From Eledone cirrhosa (lineage: Eukaryota): a stretch of DNA of 64,000 bases. The position numbers and the translations under genes were made by a program. The stretch's first letter is position 1, and every line of letters begins with the position of its first letter. Location of the stretch: positions 29,946,001-30,010,000 of the forward strand of contig OZ024755.1 of NCBI GenBank assembly GCA_964016885.1, given 5' to 3'. A model generated the notes under the pieces. The model saw only the letters and a program-made list of their open reading frames with translations, made no database searches and had not been told where the DNA came from. Below, in pieces: positions 1 to 11,351 of the stretch.

Positions 1-322
1 ATATCTTTATATATATATTTTTTCCCCAACACTAAATTACTACTGCCTAGTTAGTTATACTTATATATTGTTATACTTTGGGAGGGTCATGTTGCCAATA
101 AGAAACACACGCACCTGTCGCTTTCATTCCAATTTATTATAAATTAAATTATAAATTTTAAAATTTGTTTATAAATTTCCGGTTTGTTGGTTGGTTCATT
201 CCACATCCGGACGGTTATTCATATATTGTCAAAGTTCTTTCGTCACACATTCTGTGACCTCATCAGTGACCGGGGATTCTTTTCTTTGTTTTGTGCCTCT
301 CCTTTGTTCTGTCCTACGCCAT

Positions 323-325
<3 letters not shown>

Positions 326-395
<70 letters not shown>
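326..395. repeat. (TA)n microsatellite
   Basis: Pure TA run; source of the YIYIYI ORFs. Confidence 0.95.
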
Positions 396-397
<2 letters not shown>

Positions 398-430
398 CAT
401 TATATATATATATTTATATTTCATTATATA

Positions 431-697
431 TATTTCATTATACATATTTCAAGGACACCAAGTTAAATTATGGTGTGCTTTCATCAGACAAAATATAATA
501 TAGATCAGTTTTATAAATAAATATTGACATACCCTTTAAAAATGCAACCATTACTGTTGGAAGCTCCCGGATAGTAATGGTTGCATTTTTTAAGGGTATG
601 TCAATATTTATTTATAAAACTGATCTATATTATATTTTGTCTGATGAAAGCACACCATAATTTAACTTGGTGTCCTTGAAATATGTATAATGAAATA
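431..697. repeat. Long inverted repeat (~125-bp arms, 17-nt spacer), probable Penelope-like pLTR fold-back
   Basis: 431-555 is the reverse complement of 573-697 with about one mismatch; the arms contain a CTGATGA...GAAA motif. Confidence 0.85.
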
Positions 698-899
698 AAT
701 GTGGTTTTATAAATATAGTTTCCATTTGTTAATATCGTATTTTTACTCCAAATATTTGTTGAGTGCTTTATATCAGTTATAAAAATATTTGCTTTTTGTA
801 TCCCAACAATTTAAATAGAACTTTTACATATATATATATATATATATATTAGAAATGAGTCAGATGTGAGAAAAACCACAGACCCTCCATCTCAACTCA

Positions 900-937
900 C
901 CTTTTGAAAAGCAGAAGAACTGCGAAACCGGTAAAGG
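900..937 (+). ncRNA. Minimal hammerhead ribozyme-like motif (variant core)
   Basis: CCTT-TTGAAAA-GCAG agaa-type loop CTGC-GAAA-CCGGTA-AAGG: stem I CCTT/AAGG, stem II GCAG/CTGC, palindromic stem III ACCGGT, GUA triplet; core deviates from CUGANGA. Confidence 0.55.
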
Positions 938-1009
938 AACCAAATAAATTTATATATTTTTAAAAAAAATAAGACTTCAGTTGCATTTTCGATTTCATCC
1001 CTTTTTCTT

Positions 1010-1120
<111 letters not shown>

Positions 1121-1365
1121 AAGGATACTATTTATGGTTATGTATATACTAAAACCTTTTATAGTTATATATATTTTAAACCCTAAACAGTGAAAGACAG
1201 TAATTTATTACTACCTTATTGCCAGTAAGATAAATAGCTCAACGTAATAACATCAGTTGTTCTACAGAGCAGTTATATAGAAATCATTTATTCGCTTACA
1301 ATTGTAAGCGAATAAATGATTTGAACAGAACTTTGATTCATGTAATTTCTATATATATATATATA

Positions 1366-2210
1366 TGTATATCGCTCCCGATTCAGCCATCCGCATTACT
1401 AAGAGGGAGACCCCACGTGTACATTCTGTATGTGTGTTTATAGAAGTAGATAGGTTTGTCAATCACCCGTCGCGACTCCCGTCCATGTATATTGACCAGG
1501 GGAAGAATTTAATCCCATGCTTTTTTGTTTGTTTGTTTAGGGAGTGTTTTCCTGTTCCTCTTTTCTCCTTTCTCTCCTTGGCTATGGTAGGCTTTGATCT
1601 CTTGGTAATCTGACGGCTGATCGGTGGTTATTTTGAGTGTATCGGGTTAGCAGTTTTCTTCTTGCTACATCTCAGCTGGTAACAAGAAGCCGAACGATTT
1701 GGTAGCGCTTTGGGAGGCTACTCTGGTCAACTGTCACACAATTTCGGAGTAATTGTAGTGCCATGCTGGTCGTGGATAGGTGTACCTGTAGCGAAACCTG
1801 TCCACACCTCGAACCCTGGGTGGCACCTAAAGATCAAATTCTAGGTCACCACCCTTTTGGCGTTAACAAGTTGATGCGTGGGCGATCCCTCGAGGCAGGG
1901 GACAGGAAGCTGGGGATATAAATAGCCGGTGGAAGAGTGAGAGAATTCAATCACGACGATGACTACTACCACTAGCTACAACCACCAACAAACATTATCT
2001 CGCCGCTCGCTGTTTTCACATCAACAACAAAATAACATCGTTAACCTTTGCAACTCGTGGTAACTTATTTGTTGTTCTTTTTGACTGAAGTGGAGTAAAT
2101 ATTATATCAAAAGTAAACGAGTTATTCCAGTTATTTCTTCTAATGATAACTACTAACGTTGCTTCGTTTTATACCCGCACGTACTCGTGGTAGGCATCTC
2201 CGAAGCCACA
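1366..2210 (+). mobile_element. Possible LTR-like segment
   Basis: GC-richer block starting TG and ending ...GCCACA, with TATAAATAG at ~1917; no TSD found. Confidence 0.3.
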
Positions 2211-2253
2211 ATGTGTGGTGGTCCTGCCTAATTTCTGGTTGGTTTCTATCACC

Positions 2254-2500
2254 TGGAGGCGTGTGGCTGAGTGGTTAGAGAATTGGATTCGCAATCGTGA
2301 TGTTGTGAGTTCGATTCCCGAATCGGGCGATGCGATATGTCCTTGAGCAAGATACATTATTTCACGTTGCTCCTTCTACCTGGAGTTGCGACCGATAGAT
2401 AGTATTAGCAATTTGAAAAACCAATGGAAACATTGTTTCCTCGGTCCGATTTGACGAAAGCCGATCGCTCCTTGGACGATGGACAGAGGCAATCATTATG
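2254..2500 (+). mobile_element. tRNA-derived SINE, family B (CORE-like central block)
   Basis: A box TGGCTGAGTGG, B box GTTCGATTCC, then TGTCCTTGAGCAAGA; related copies at 5833, 15405, 27130(-), 38050(-). Confidence 0.85.
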
Positions 2501-2579
2501 GATTTTCCTTTTCATGAATTATCATTATTTTGGCAGTTCTCAGTAAATCTAGTATTATTAAACCAGTAAATAGAAAACC

Positions 2580-3620
2580 AACCAAGCCTCTCAATCACTC
2601 TTTCTTCAATATCTGTGGTATTCTCAGCAATTTATTTCATGTTGAAGCTTTTGACTTGTAATGATCTTCTGGTATCTTAGCTGTTTGTGAAACAAATTTA
2701 AATTCTTCAATTTCTAGTAGTGACTTCTCTGTACCGGGCTATATACTTCTTTGTCAAAGAGATTCGGTGATTTCTTTGTCAAAGAGATTCGGTGATTTAT
2801 ATGGTGTTTTCATTCGGGAAAATCATTCAATAGTTAGAGTACTGTCTCTTGAGACTCCTGGTGATTCATTCATGAGCTTCCGATTTTTCTGATACTCTGT
2901 TAGTTATCTCTTTTTTCTTTATCGTCCTCCCACCATCCTTCATCTCAAGACTCTAGTATATTTGATACAATCTCAGACTGTATCGATATGGCTCTTTCTC
3001 TACATCCTTCTACAAATAGTTTTATATTAGTATCACGTTAACTGGTTTTTTTCCTTCTAACACTACTAATGTTGCTGGATTACTTCAATATTTCACTCGC
3101 TCAATCTCTCAAGCAAATTATCAATTTCCCTACTAGTTTTCCCAATAATTCCGACCAACATGTTCCACTTCTTTATTTCTTTCTTACCTCTTCATTTGGC
3201 TCTTGGAAAGTGTCACGACTCAGTCCTCTTGGCAATTCCGATAATGTTGTGGCATCTGTTGATAATTCCTTTAATTCTTCCATTAGTCATGAGCTTCCAA
3301 GTCCCGACATTCTTTTTGTTACCATCGATCTGACTCGATTTCGTTTCGTGATATTTTTCCCACTGAAAAATTCTGCTACTGAAGTTTTTTCTTGGGTGGA
3401 AGTTGGCAATGATGCTTTCGTGCCATCTCGCAAATATTAAGTAATATTTATCTAGACGCTAGGTTGTGATAACTCTTCTTAAGAACCCGAAAATTCTACC
3501 TCGCATCTCCGAGGATCAAATATGAAGTGCTACTCCGCCCCTACAGATTAGCAACCTATACCTATTCCACAAAAATTACAGACCGTATTGTTCGACCATC
3601 GTCGTATGTGGCTATCATCA
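2580..3620 (+). mobile_element. Degenerate non-LTR retrotransposon, APE endonuclease region (Jockey/CR1-like)
   Basis: LFFLYRPP; SIFDTISDCID; LKQIINFPTSFP...LLYFFLTS...SPLGNSDNVV (APE C-terminal PT...LD...SDH-type motifs); frameshifts and stops. Confidence 0.65.
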
Positions 3621-4184
3621 CAACCAATATATTCTGATAGCAAGGTATGACTGATGTTTGGTTTATAACATTCCTTACAGATAAGATGTTTGGCTTTATC
3701 ATGTCGGTCACAACTGAAATCTTAGTTTATCATATATAGTAACAAGCAGATTCCCCTCGTCTTCACCACTCTTACTCTCTCTCTCACCCTGACCCCTTGA
3801 CTCTTTCTGACTCCCTGACTCTGTCTGACTTTCTGACTCCCTGATTCTTCCTCTCCTTGACCCCATTCTCTCTCTTTCTCCCTCACTCTCCCTCACTCCC
3901 CTTTCTCTCTCTCTTTCTCCATCACTCATTCTGACTCCCCTCCTCTCTCTCTTTCTCCCTCCTCTCTCTACTTCTCTCTATATCAAGCTCATTTCTCTCT
4001 CTTTCCCTTTTTCCTCCGTGTATTCGTATATGTGTGTATGTAAATATGTAAATCTGTTTGTATCAGTGTGTGCTTATGACTTTCTATGGCTTTATAAAGT
4101 GGGATAAGGCTTCAGCTGCAACCTTTTTTCCTCTTTAAGGTTAATTTACCTATTTTGGGGGATCACAAAAAAAAATTTTCAGAT

Positions 4185-4860
4185 CCAAACTACAAGTTTC
4201 CCCCTTAGAAATAATTCCCTTCGAGTCTAACGCAGTTTCCCAATCTTCTCCGTCACGCCTCCATGCACTCCTGGAAGGATTCTCCCGGGATTATTCGCAG
4301 CTCCATCGTCACGGCCCTTTTAATGGCTTCCAGGTCCGGAAAACGGGTCCCCTAGATCAAACATGTCAAACTGAGGGTCCCCCGAGGGCCAATGAGTCAC
4401 ATGTGTTGTCTGAGGGCCACATGGGTCACACATGTGTTGTCTGAGGGCCACATGAGTCACATGTGTTGTCTGAGGACCACATGGGTCACATGTGTTGTCT
4501 GAGGGCCACATGAGTCACATGTGTTATCTGAGGACCACACATGACAACTAATTGCGCACATTACAACTAATATTTTTTATTACACTTGTGCTGTAAAAAA
4601 AACCTTTATGCGGTGTGCTTGTAAAGGGCCGCATAAGACCCACGGGCAGCATGTTTGACATGCCTGCCCTAGATTATCCACTTCAGCTCGGGGAAAAGAA
4701 GAGAAATCACATGGAGCCGGGTTGGGTGAGTACGAAGAGTTCTCTAGCACGGTGATCTTCTCGGTCAGGAACCGACTGATGCTCAGTGCGTTGTGAGCCG
4801 ACATGTTGTTTTGGTGAAGCAACCACGAGTTGTTCTCCAACAATTCTCGCCTCTTTATAT
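4185..4860 (-). mobile_element. Mariner transposase C-terminal remnant, interrupted by a MITE
   Basis: SWLLHQNNMSAH...SYSPNPAPCDF (HHDNAPAH / YSPDLAPCDF motifs); continues beyond the insertion as GTRFPDLEAIK...SFQECMEA*RRRLGNCVRLEGNYF. Confidence 0.85.
4358..4666. mobile_element. hAT-type MITE with internal ~29-bp tandem repeats
   Basis: TIRs CAAACATGTCAAAC / GTTTGACATGCCTG; 8-bp TSD CCCTAGAT at 4350-4357 and 4667-4674. Confidence 0.9.
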
Positions 4861-4913
<53 letters not shown>

Positions 4914-4936
4914 CATATGTATATACATATATCTAT

Positions 4937-5538
4937 GGCATACGTCAAAACGGCCGGTCTCAAAAGTGAAACTAATTTTTGACAGTTACGTACGTCTTTA
5001 TTTTCAATTTGGATTGTGAATACGTGATTTTTTTTTACACACATCCACAAACTTATAGATGTATATACACATATACACACACATATATATATATATATAC
5101 AAACACATATATATATACAAACACACATATATTTATACAAACCCACATAGCAACAAGTAAGACCCCGACGGCTGAGCTCAAGCCGTTTCGACGGCTAATT
5201 CTGTACAGGGTCTTACTTGTTCCTATTACCCACTCTACTACCCTAAGTATTGAGTACTTTGGTGCGTTATGGTCCACCTGGTTCCTTACCACATTTCCTT
5301 CGTTACAAACACACATATATATATATTTATACATACACACACACACATATATATACACACATATACACACCCACACATATATATATATTAAGAAATCCAT
5401 ACAATTGCATGTGTCTGCGTTATAGTCATCTCGAAGTTTATACAGGACTATATATACACAAATCTATTCAGATGAGTGAGTGTACGTAACTGTCAAAAAT
5501 TAGTTTCACTTTTGAGACCGGCCGTTTTGACGTATGCC
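4937..5538. mobile_element. TIR element (MITE) with ~57-bp perfect inverted termini
   Basis: GGCATACGTCAAAACGGCCGGTCTCAAAAGTGAAACTAATTTTTGACAGTTACGTAC at the left end, exact reverse complement at the right end. Confidence 0.8.
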
Positions 5539-6354
5539 CACACACACATATATATAGGCATATGTATATACATATATCTATAATATAAGATCAAAAGATG
5601 GTTAAAGGAGTTCCATATATTTTATTATGCGCATTTCAAAAACAAACATCATCAAGCAATAATATTTGCGTTTTCATCAGATAAAACAGGAGAACATGAT
5701 ATGAAGGCTAAAAAAAAACACTTGTTGATAGTGCAGTTTTAAATCAACATAATCCGATATCTGCATTGCTTTATTGTACTACAATAAAACTCACCTCCTA
5801 CATATATCTATATATAGATATGTGTATATAGGTGGAGGCATGTGGCCTAGTGGTAAGGATGTTGGACTTACGATCATAATGTCGTCGGTTTGATTCCCGG
5901 GTTGCGTGTTGTGTTCTTGAGCAAAACACTTCATTTCACGTTGCTCCAGTATACTCAGCTGAAAATAAGTACCAGCAATAACTCGGAGGGTTTTAACCCT
6001 GCGAATAGACTAGCGTCCTGTCCAGATGGAAGTTTTATATTCTCAGTCGCTTCAAGTCATGAAACCGGCATAAGTTAAATGAGCCTTCTGACTTAGACTT
6101 TGGATATGTATATAGTTTTTGAATTTGTTTTGCCATATTTTTTAAACCGTGTGTTGAAACAGATATTGTTATACTTTGGGAGGGTCATGCTGTCAATAAA
6201 AACACACGCACCTGTTGGTTAGTTCTATAACCGAATGGTTGTTTATATATTGTCAAAGTACTTTCGTCATACATTATGTGTGCATGCGTGTGTACATGTG
6301 TGAATGTGTAGATAATATATACGTACACACACATATATACATACATACATTTAT

Positions 6355-7032
6355 ACCAACTTACCTACCTAACTACCTACCAACTTACCTACCTACCTAC
6401 CAAGTTACCTACCTACCAACTTACCTACCTACCTACCAACTTACCTACTTACCAACCTACCAACTTACCTACCTACCAACTTACCTACCTACCTACCAAC
6501 TTACCTACTTACCAACTTACCTACCTACCAACTTACCTACCTACCAAGTTACCTACCTACCAACTTACCTACCTACCTACCAACCTACCTACTTACCAAC
6601 TTACCTACCTACCTACCTACCAACTTACCTACCTACCAACTTACCTACCTACCTACCTACCAACTTACCTACCTAACTACCTACCAACTTACCTACCTAC
6701 CTACCTACCAACTTACCTACCTACCAACCAACTTACCTACCTACTTACCTACCTACCTACCAACTTACCTACCTACCTACCTACCAACTTACCTACTACC
6801 TACCTACCAACCTACCTACCTACCTATAAACCTACCTACCAACCTACATACCTACCTACCTACCTACCTATCAACCTACCTACTACCTACCAACCTACTT
6901 ACCTACCTACTTACCTACCAACCAGCCTACCTACCAACCTACCTAACTACCTACCTACCTACCTACCAACCTACCTACCTACCTACCTACCTACCTACCT
7001 ACCAACCAACCTACCTACCTACCTACTTACCT
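6355..7032. repeat. (CCTA)n/(CCAA,CTTA) complex microsatellite
   Basis: Tetranucleotide-based array; gives the PTYL ORF. Confidence 0.95.
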
Positions 7033-7505
7033 GTGTACATAATCTTCAAATGTCAAATCAGTGCAATGTCATTTTACACCTTCAAACTACTAAGTTTAAT
7101 CTTCAAGTCTTCAAAATACAGAAAATATATTTACAGGAGAAAACAAAACACACCAGGAATTGATGACTTACAGTGTGTATTTATTATTTTGTTAGAAATA
7201 TCTATCCTTCGTGATGTTAATTATCACTAAACGTGACAATATCTCCACCATTCATGTCGAAGGAGCAGCACCATTTTTGGTTGGTGTTGGGCTTGTGTAA
7301 ATAGTCCAAAGTGTCGTTGACATTATAAAGCCTATTAGCATATCAATGTTGTTGGACTTGTTAAACAGTTTTACGTCTTGTTGGTTCATGACTTATTAGA
7401 AAAAACTTGGAGGAATTCCTCCCAAGCAGCATAAATAGGAGAATATTCTGGATTGGCAGTATTGGTAGAGGGTCGGGCACCTATGTTATAAACCTCTGCT
7501 ATAAA

Positions 7506-8922
7506 TCATCATAATCTATAAAGCTCAGTGTGTGGTCATGCTCCTTCGTTATAGAAATCTACGATATAGAATTTCTTCAATTGAAATTTACAATTCAGTA
7601 TTCGAAATAGTTTCGATTGCGTCCTGACGTAGATAATTTTTTCAATTTCACCCACAATTACGCAAAAAAATAGATAAAACTCAATATTTTACGATTTTTC
7701 TCTCTCATTTAAACTGCTGAAACCTTTCTACTACCATTCAAAATCTATACAACTTCATACTTTCTGCTACTTTCTCTTTCCAAACTTGATGGATGGTGAT
7801 ACTGTCCGTTCACACTACTCCCTACTGTCTTAAATTTAGAAAACACATATCCTCTATGAGTTTACTAAACCTGCTAGAAACAGCAGCTAACTCTCCCCCA
7901 TATCACACCCCTCCCTACTGTCTTAAATTTAGAAAACACATATCCTCTATGAGGTCACTAAACCTGCTAGAAACAGCAGCTAACTCTCCCCCATATCACA
8001 CCCCTCCCCACACCACCCCTACTGTCTTAAATTTAGAAAACACATATCCTCTATGAGGTTACTAAACCTGCTAGAAACAGCAGCTAACTCTCCCCCATAT
8101 CACACCCCTCCCCACACCACCCCCTACTGTCTTAAATTTAGAAAACACATATCCTCTATGAGGTTACTAAACCTGCTAGAAACAGCAGCTAACTCTCCTC
8201 CATATCACACCACTCCCTACTGTCTTAAATTTAGAAAACACATATCCTCTATGAGGTTACTAAACCTGCTAGAAACAGCAGCTAACTCTCCCCCATATCA
8301 CACCCCTCCCCACACCACCCCCTACTGTCTTAAATTTAGAAAACACATATCCTCTATGAGGTTACTAAACCTGCTAGAAACAGCAGCTAACTCTCCCCCA
8401 TATCACACCCCTCCCCACACCACCCCCTACTGTCTTAAATTTAGAAAACACATATCCTCTATGAGGTTACTAAACCTGCTAGAAACAGCAGCTAACTCTC
8501 CCCCATATCACACCCCTCCCTACTGTCTTAAATTTAGAAAACATATCTTCTATGAGGTCACTAAACCTGCTAGAAACAACAGCTAACTCTCCCTCATATC
8601 ACAACCCTCCCTACTGTCTTAAATTTAGAAAACACACAGACAACCATGCAGAACAACTCCATCGCAGCTCTGTTATTCGGCTGGCATCGTCTACGCGCGT
8701 GTTGCGCAAGTACTGTGAAACAATAAATTTCAACACTTTTTGCACAGAGATAATATCCATAGGCGAAACTACAATTGTCACTGCTGGCGCAGCTCATGTT
8801 TCCAGGTCTGCAATTCATTCACCCAGTGCCTGGCAGACAAAAAAAGTGCTGCCATAAAATGGGTGGTGCAACCTAACTTTGGTAACTTAATGACCCCGAG
8901 CAACGCCGGGCTTTAATGCTAG
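7506..8922 (+). mobile_element. Non-autonomous Helitron
   Basis: 3' hairpin CCCGAGCAACGCCGGG (8895-8910), then CTAG|T terminus; 5' A|TC...TCTATAAAGCTC (exact 5' end uncertain). Confidence 0.7.
7810..8636. repeat. 93/105-bp minisatellite, ~8-9 units
   Basis: Unit CCCTACTGTCTTAAATTTAGAAAACACATATCCTCTATGAGGTTACTAAACCTGCTAGAAACAGCAGCTAACTCTCCCCCATATCACACCCCT. Confidence 0.95.
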
Positions 8923-9032
8923 TCTGTTATAAATTCTATTTTACACAAAAATACCCACACTGTACCATCTTTAATGTCTCCTTAATGTGATCCCTGTGTG
9001 GCTAATAAGGAAATCATTGTCATTATTTTTGC

Positions 9033-9312
9033 AGTCTGAGTTCAAATCCCGCCGAGGTTAACTTTGCCTTTCATCCTTACGGGTTCGATAAAATAAAAGT
9101 ACCAGTAATTCACTGGGATAATTGCTAGCCTTGTGCCAAAAGTAGAAACAATTATTATTTGGGCAGTAGATTGGCAGTAGATTGTCAATATTCATAGAAG
9201 GTCAGGGTCGGTCGGACGCCATGTTTTGCAGCATAGAGTTACAGCTCTTTATGATCTGAGTTCAAATCCCGCGAGGATAACTTTGTCTTTCATCTTACGG
9301 GGTTGATAAATG
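9033..9312 (+). mobile_element. Two partial family-A SINEs
   Basis: GAGTTCAAATCCCGCCGAGGTTAACTTTGCCTTTCATCCTTACGGGGTCGATAAAA core. Confidence 0.85.
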
Positions 9313-9314
9313 AA

Positions 9315-11167
9315 GGTGTAAAACTGTAACAATGTATCTATAAACAGGAATTTCATTTGTTATATACACAATTTACACTATTGGGTCTATACATACACAG
9401 ACTCATTAACTGCTTAATGAACACAACCACAAGGATTTGGTCCTAACGTGGAAGAGCCGAACTCCCACTGTCATCGTCTCCATCTCTCTCGCCCTCCTCA
9501 TCTCTCCGTATGGCGAGCAAATGGGGTCCCACATGCTATCCTCCCCCACAGCCCCAGCAGTCAGGATGGAGAAGGTGTTTCCCCCCGGAGGATGGTAAGG
9601 GAGATGCGCTGGAAGAGCCATTCCAACTCGCGAGGCTCACATCTGCGGCTGGCCAGCTCAGCGCCTATGGTGGTGAGTAGGGAGGTAGCCCTAGGGCCAA
9701 GGATACCAGAAGTCTCTACTGCCAAGGGCACGACCGCGAACCTGTCGGAGAGCGACCGGTACTTGGAAAGTTTGACCTCCTCAGCCCGATGTGCAGCAGA
9801 ACCTGGGTTAGTCGCAGACTGCACCAGGTTGCAGCTGGAGAAAGTGTCGCTGCAAGTGGCATCCTAGACTAGGGGTTTGTCACCGCGGAACGGAAAGATG
9901 GTCATACCGTTGGCCTTTAGCCGTAACCTCAGTCCAGCCCCACCGGCTTGAGCTGGGAGGGGAACCCTCAGCGTCTAAGCCATGCTTTGTGACCTCGTTG
10001 AGGGCAGCATGGTATGGAAGGCAGCTGGCACTCTGGTGATAGGAAAGTGGGTGGAGGCCGAAAGAGTCCACAGTGGATCCACAGCGACATTTATGTGGCT
10101 CACAGATCCAGAGTCCAAGCCTCAAGGAAACACCAATGCGCGGTCTATCATTATCCAGCTGCGTACCAGTGGAGAAGGAGGACAAGGCATGGAGCCAGGC
10201 ACCACCTTGGGGTTTGGAGGCCGCGCGAAAACAGGCAAGTTGGTGCTGGTCTAGCTGGCGCGTGAGCCTGTCTGGGGCCAGGCTGCACTGGATGGCATCC
10301 CAAATGCTTTGGGTGGACTTGACATCAGCAGGGGGAGAAGGAGGAGGGATGACTACTGGGCTAAGTTCTAGCCAGTCCCACGTCTCACAGAGGATTCCAT
10401 TATGTTTTGGAGAACCCTGCTGTCAAGGATGCGGCATGATGTTACCGACGAAAGAAACGCCGGCAAAGCCAGCAAAGATCGTGGACTGGAGGCCAAGGCC
10501 ACCATATCTGATGGGTAAAGTGGCTTGTTGCCATCCAATGTCGTCAAACCTGATGTTGAATATCTCCTCAGCTGCCGCTCGGATACAAGTATCGAGGTCA
10601 GCGAGGAGAGATGCGTGGCTGTAACATGGAGTGCTGCGAAGGGTATAGCGGACATTCGGCATGGCAAAGAAGTTCCTCAATAGGAAGGGTGCTGGGTGGC
10701 CATTAATCAAGCCCAGTCGGCTTGTGAGGATCTTGAGTTGTTGGAGCATGAACCTGATGGTGGAGTGGATGGCTTGCAGGTGGATCGGCGACCTGAGGAT
10801 GAGGACATCCTCTTTGGCGGGGTCACCTGTACCTGGTGGAGAATGGACTGCTGATTTGAGATGGAGCCTGCAAAGCTCTCAGCATCATGGCTGACATTCA
10901 CCACCTCCGACTTGGACAAGTTGACCTGGAGACCGATTCCCACCAAGGCAGGAACCACCGATTGTAGGTCATAGCAGACAGTCTCTACGGGCCCACCCAA
11001 CGTAGATTTGAGATGGAGCCTGCAAAGCTCTCAGCATCATGGCTGACATTCACCACCTCCGACTTGGACAAGTTGACCTGGAGACCGATTCCCACCAAGG
11101 CAGGAACCACCGATTGTAGGTCATAGCAGACAGTCTCTACGGGCCCACCCAATGTAGCATCATACAA
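9315..11167 (-). mobile_element. 5'-truncated CRE-like non-LTR retrotransposon (RT C-terminal half, zinc knuckle, restriction-like endonuclease)
   Basis: DATLGG (end of YLDD motif), GLQVNLSKSE, WQQATLPIRYGGLGL, CRCGSTVDSFGLH..HAALN, DATCSDT, AEEVKLSKY, PLAVETSG, LFQRISLTILRG; several frameshifts. Confidence 0.88.
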
Positions 11168-11311
11168 AGTAAAAGGTTCCCCTTAAAAAATTGTTTCTGT
11201 TCGTTGTCTTGTTCTCTCTGGAGAGGAGATGGTCTCCGCCAGGCTTAAGAAATGCCCTAGAAACGCTGCCTGTCAATGCGGCACTGCTACAACTCCCTCG
11301 AGAGTTAGATG

Positions 11312-11347
<36 letters not shown>

Positions 11348-11351
11348 TTGT

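Noticed and set aside
2254-2330. tRNA-like sequences at SINE heads
   Set aside because: A/B boxes present but no complete cloverleaf; they continue into the SINE body, so not tRNA genes
7033-7430. Possible Tc1 transposase tail on the minus strand
   Set aside because: Only a weak AAWEE similarity; no catalytic motifs or TIRs identified
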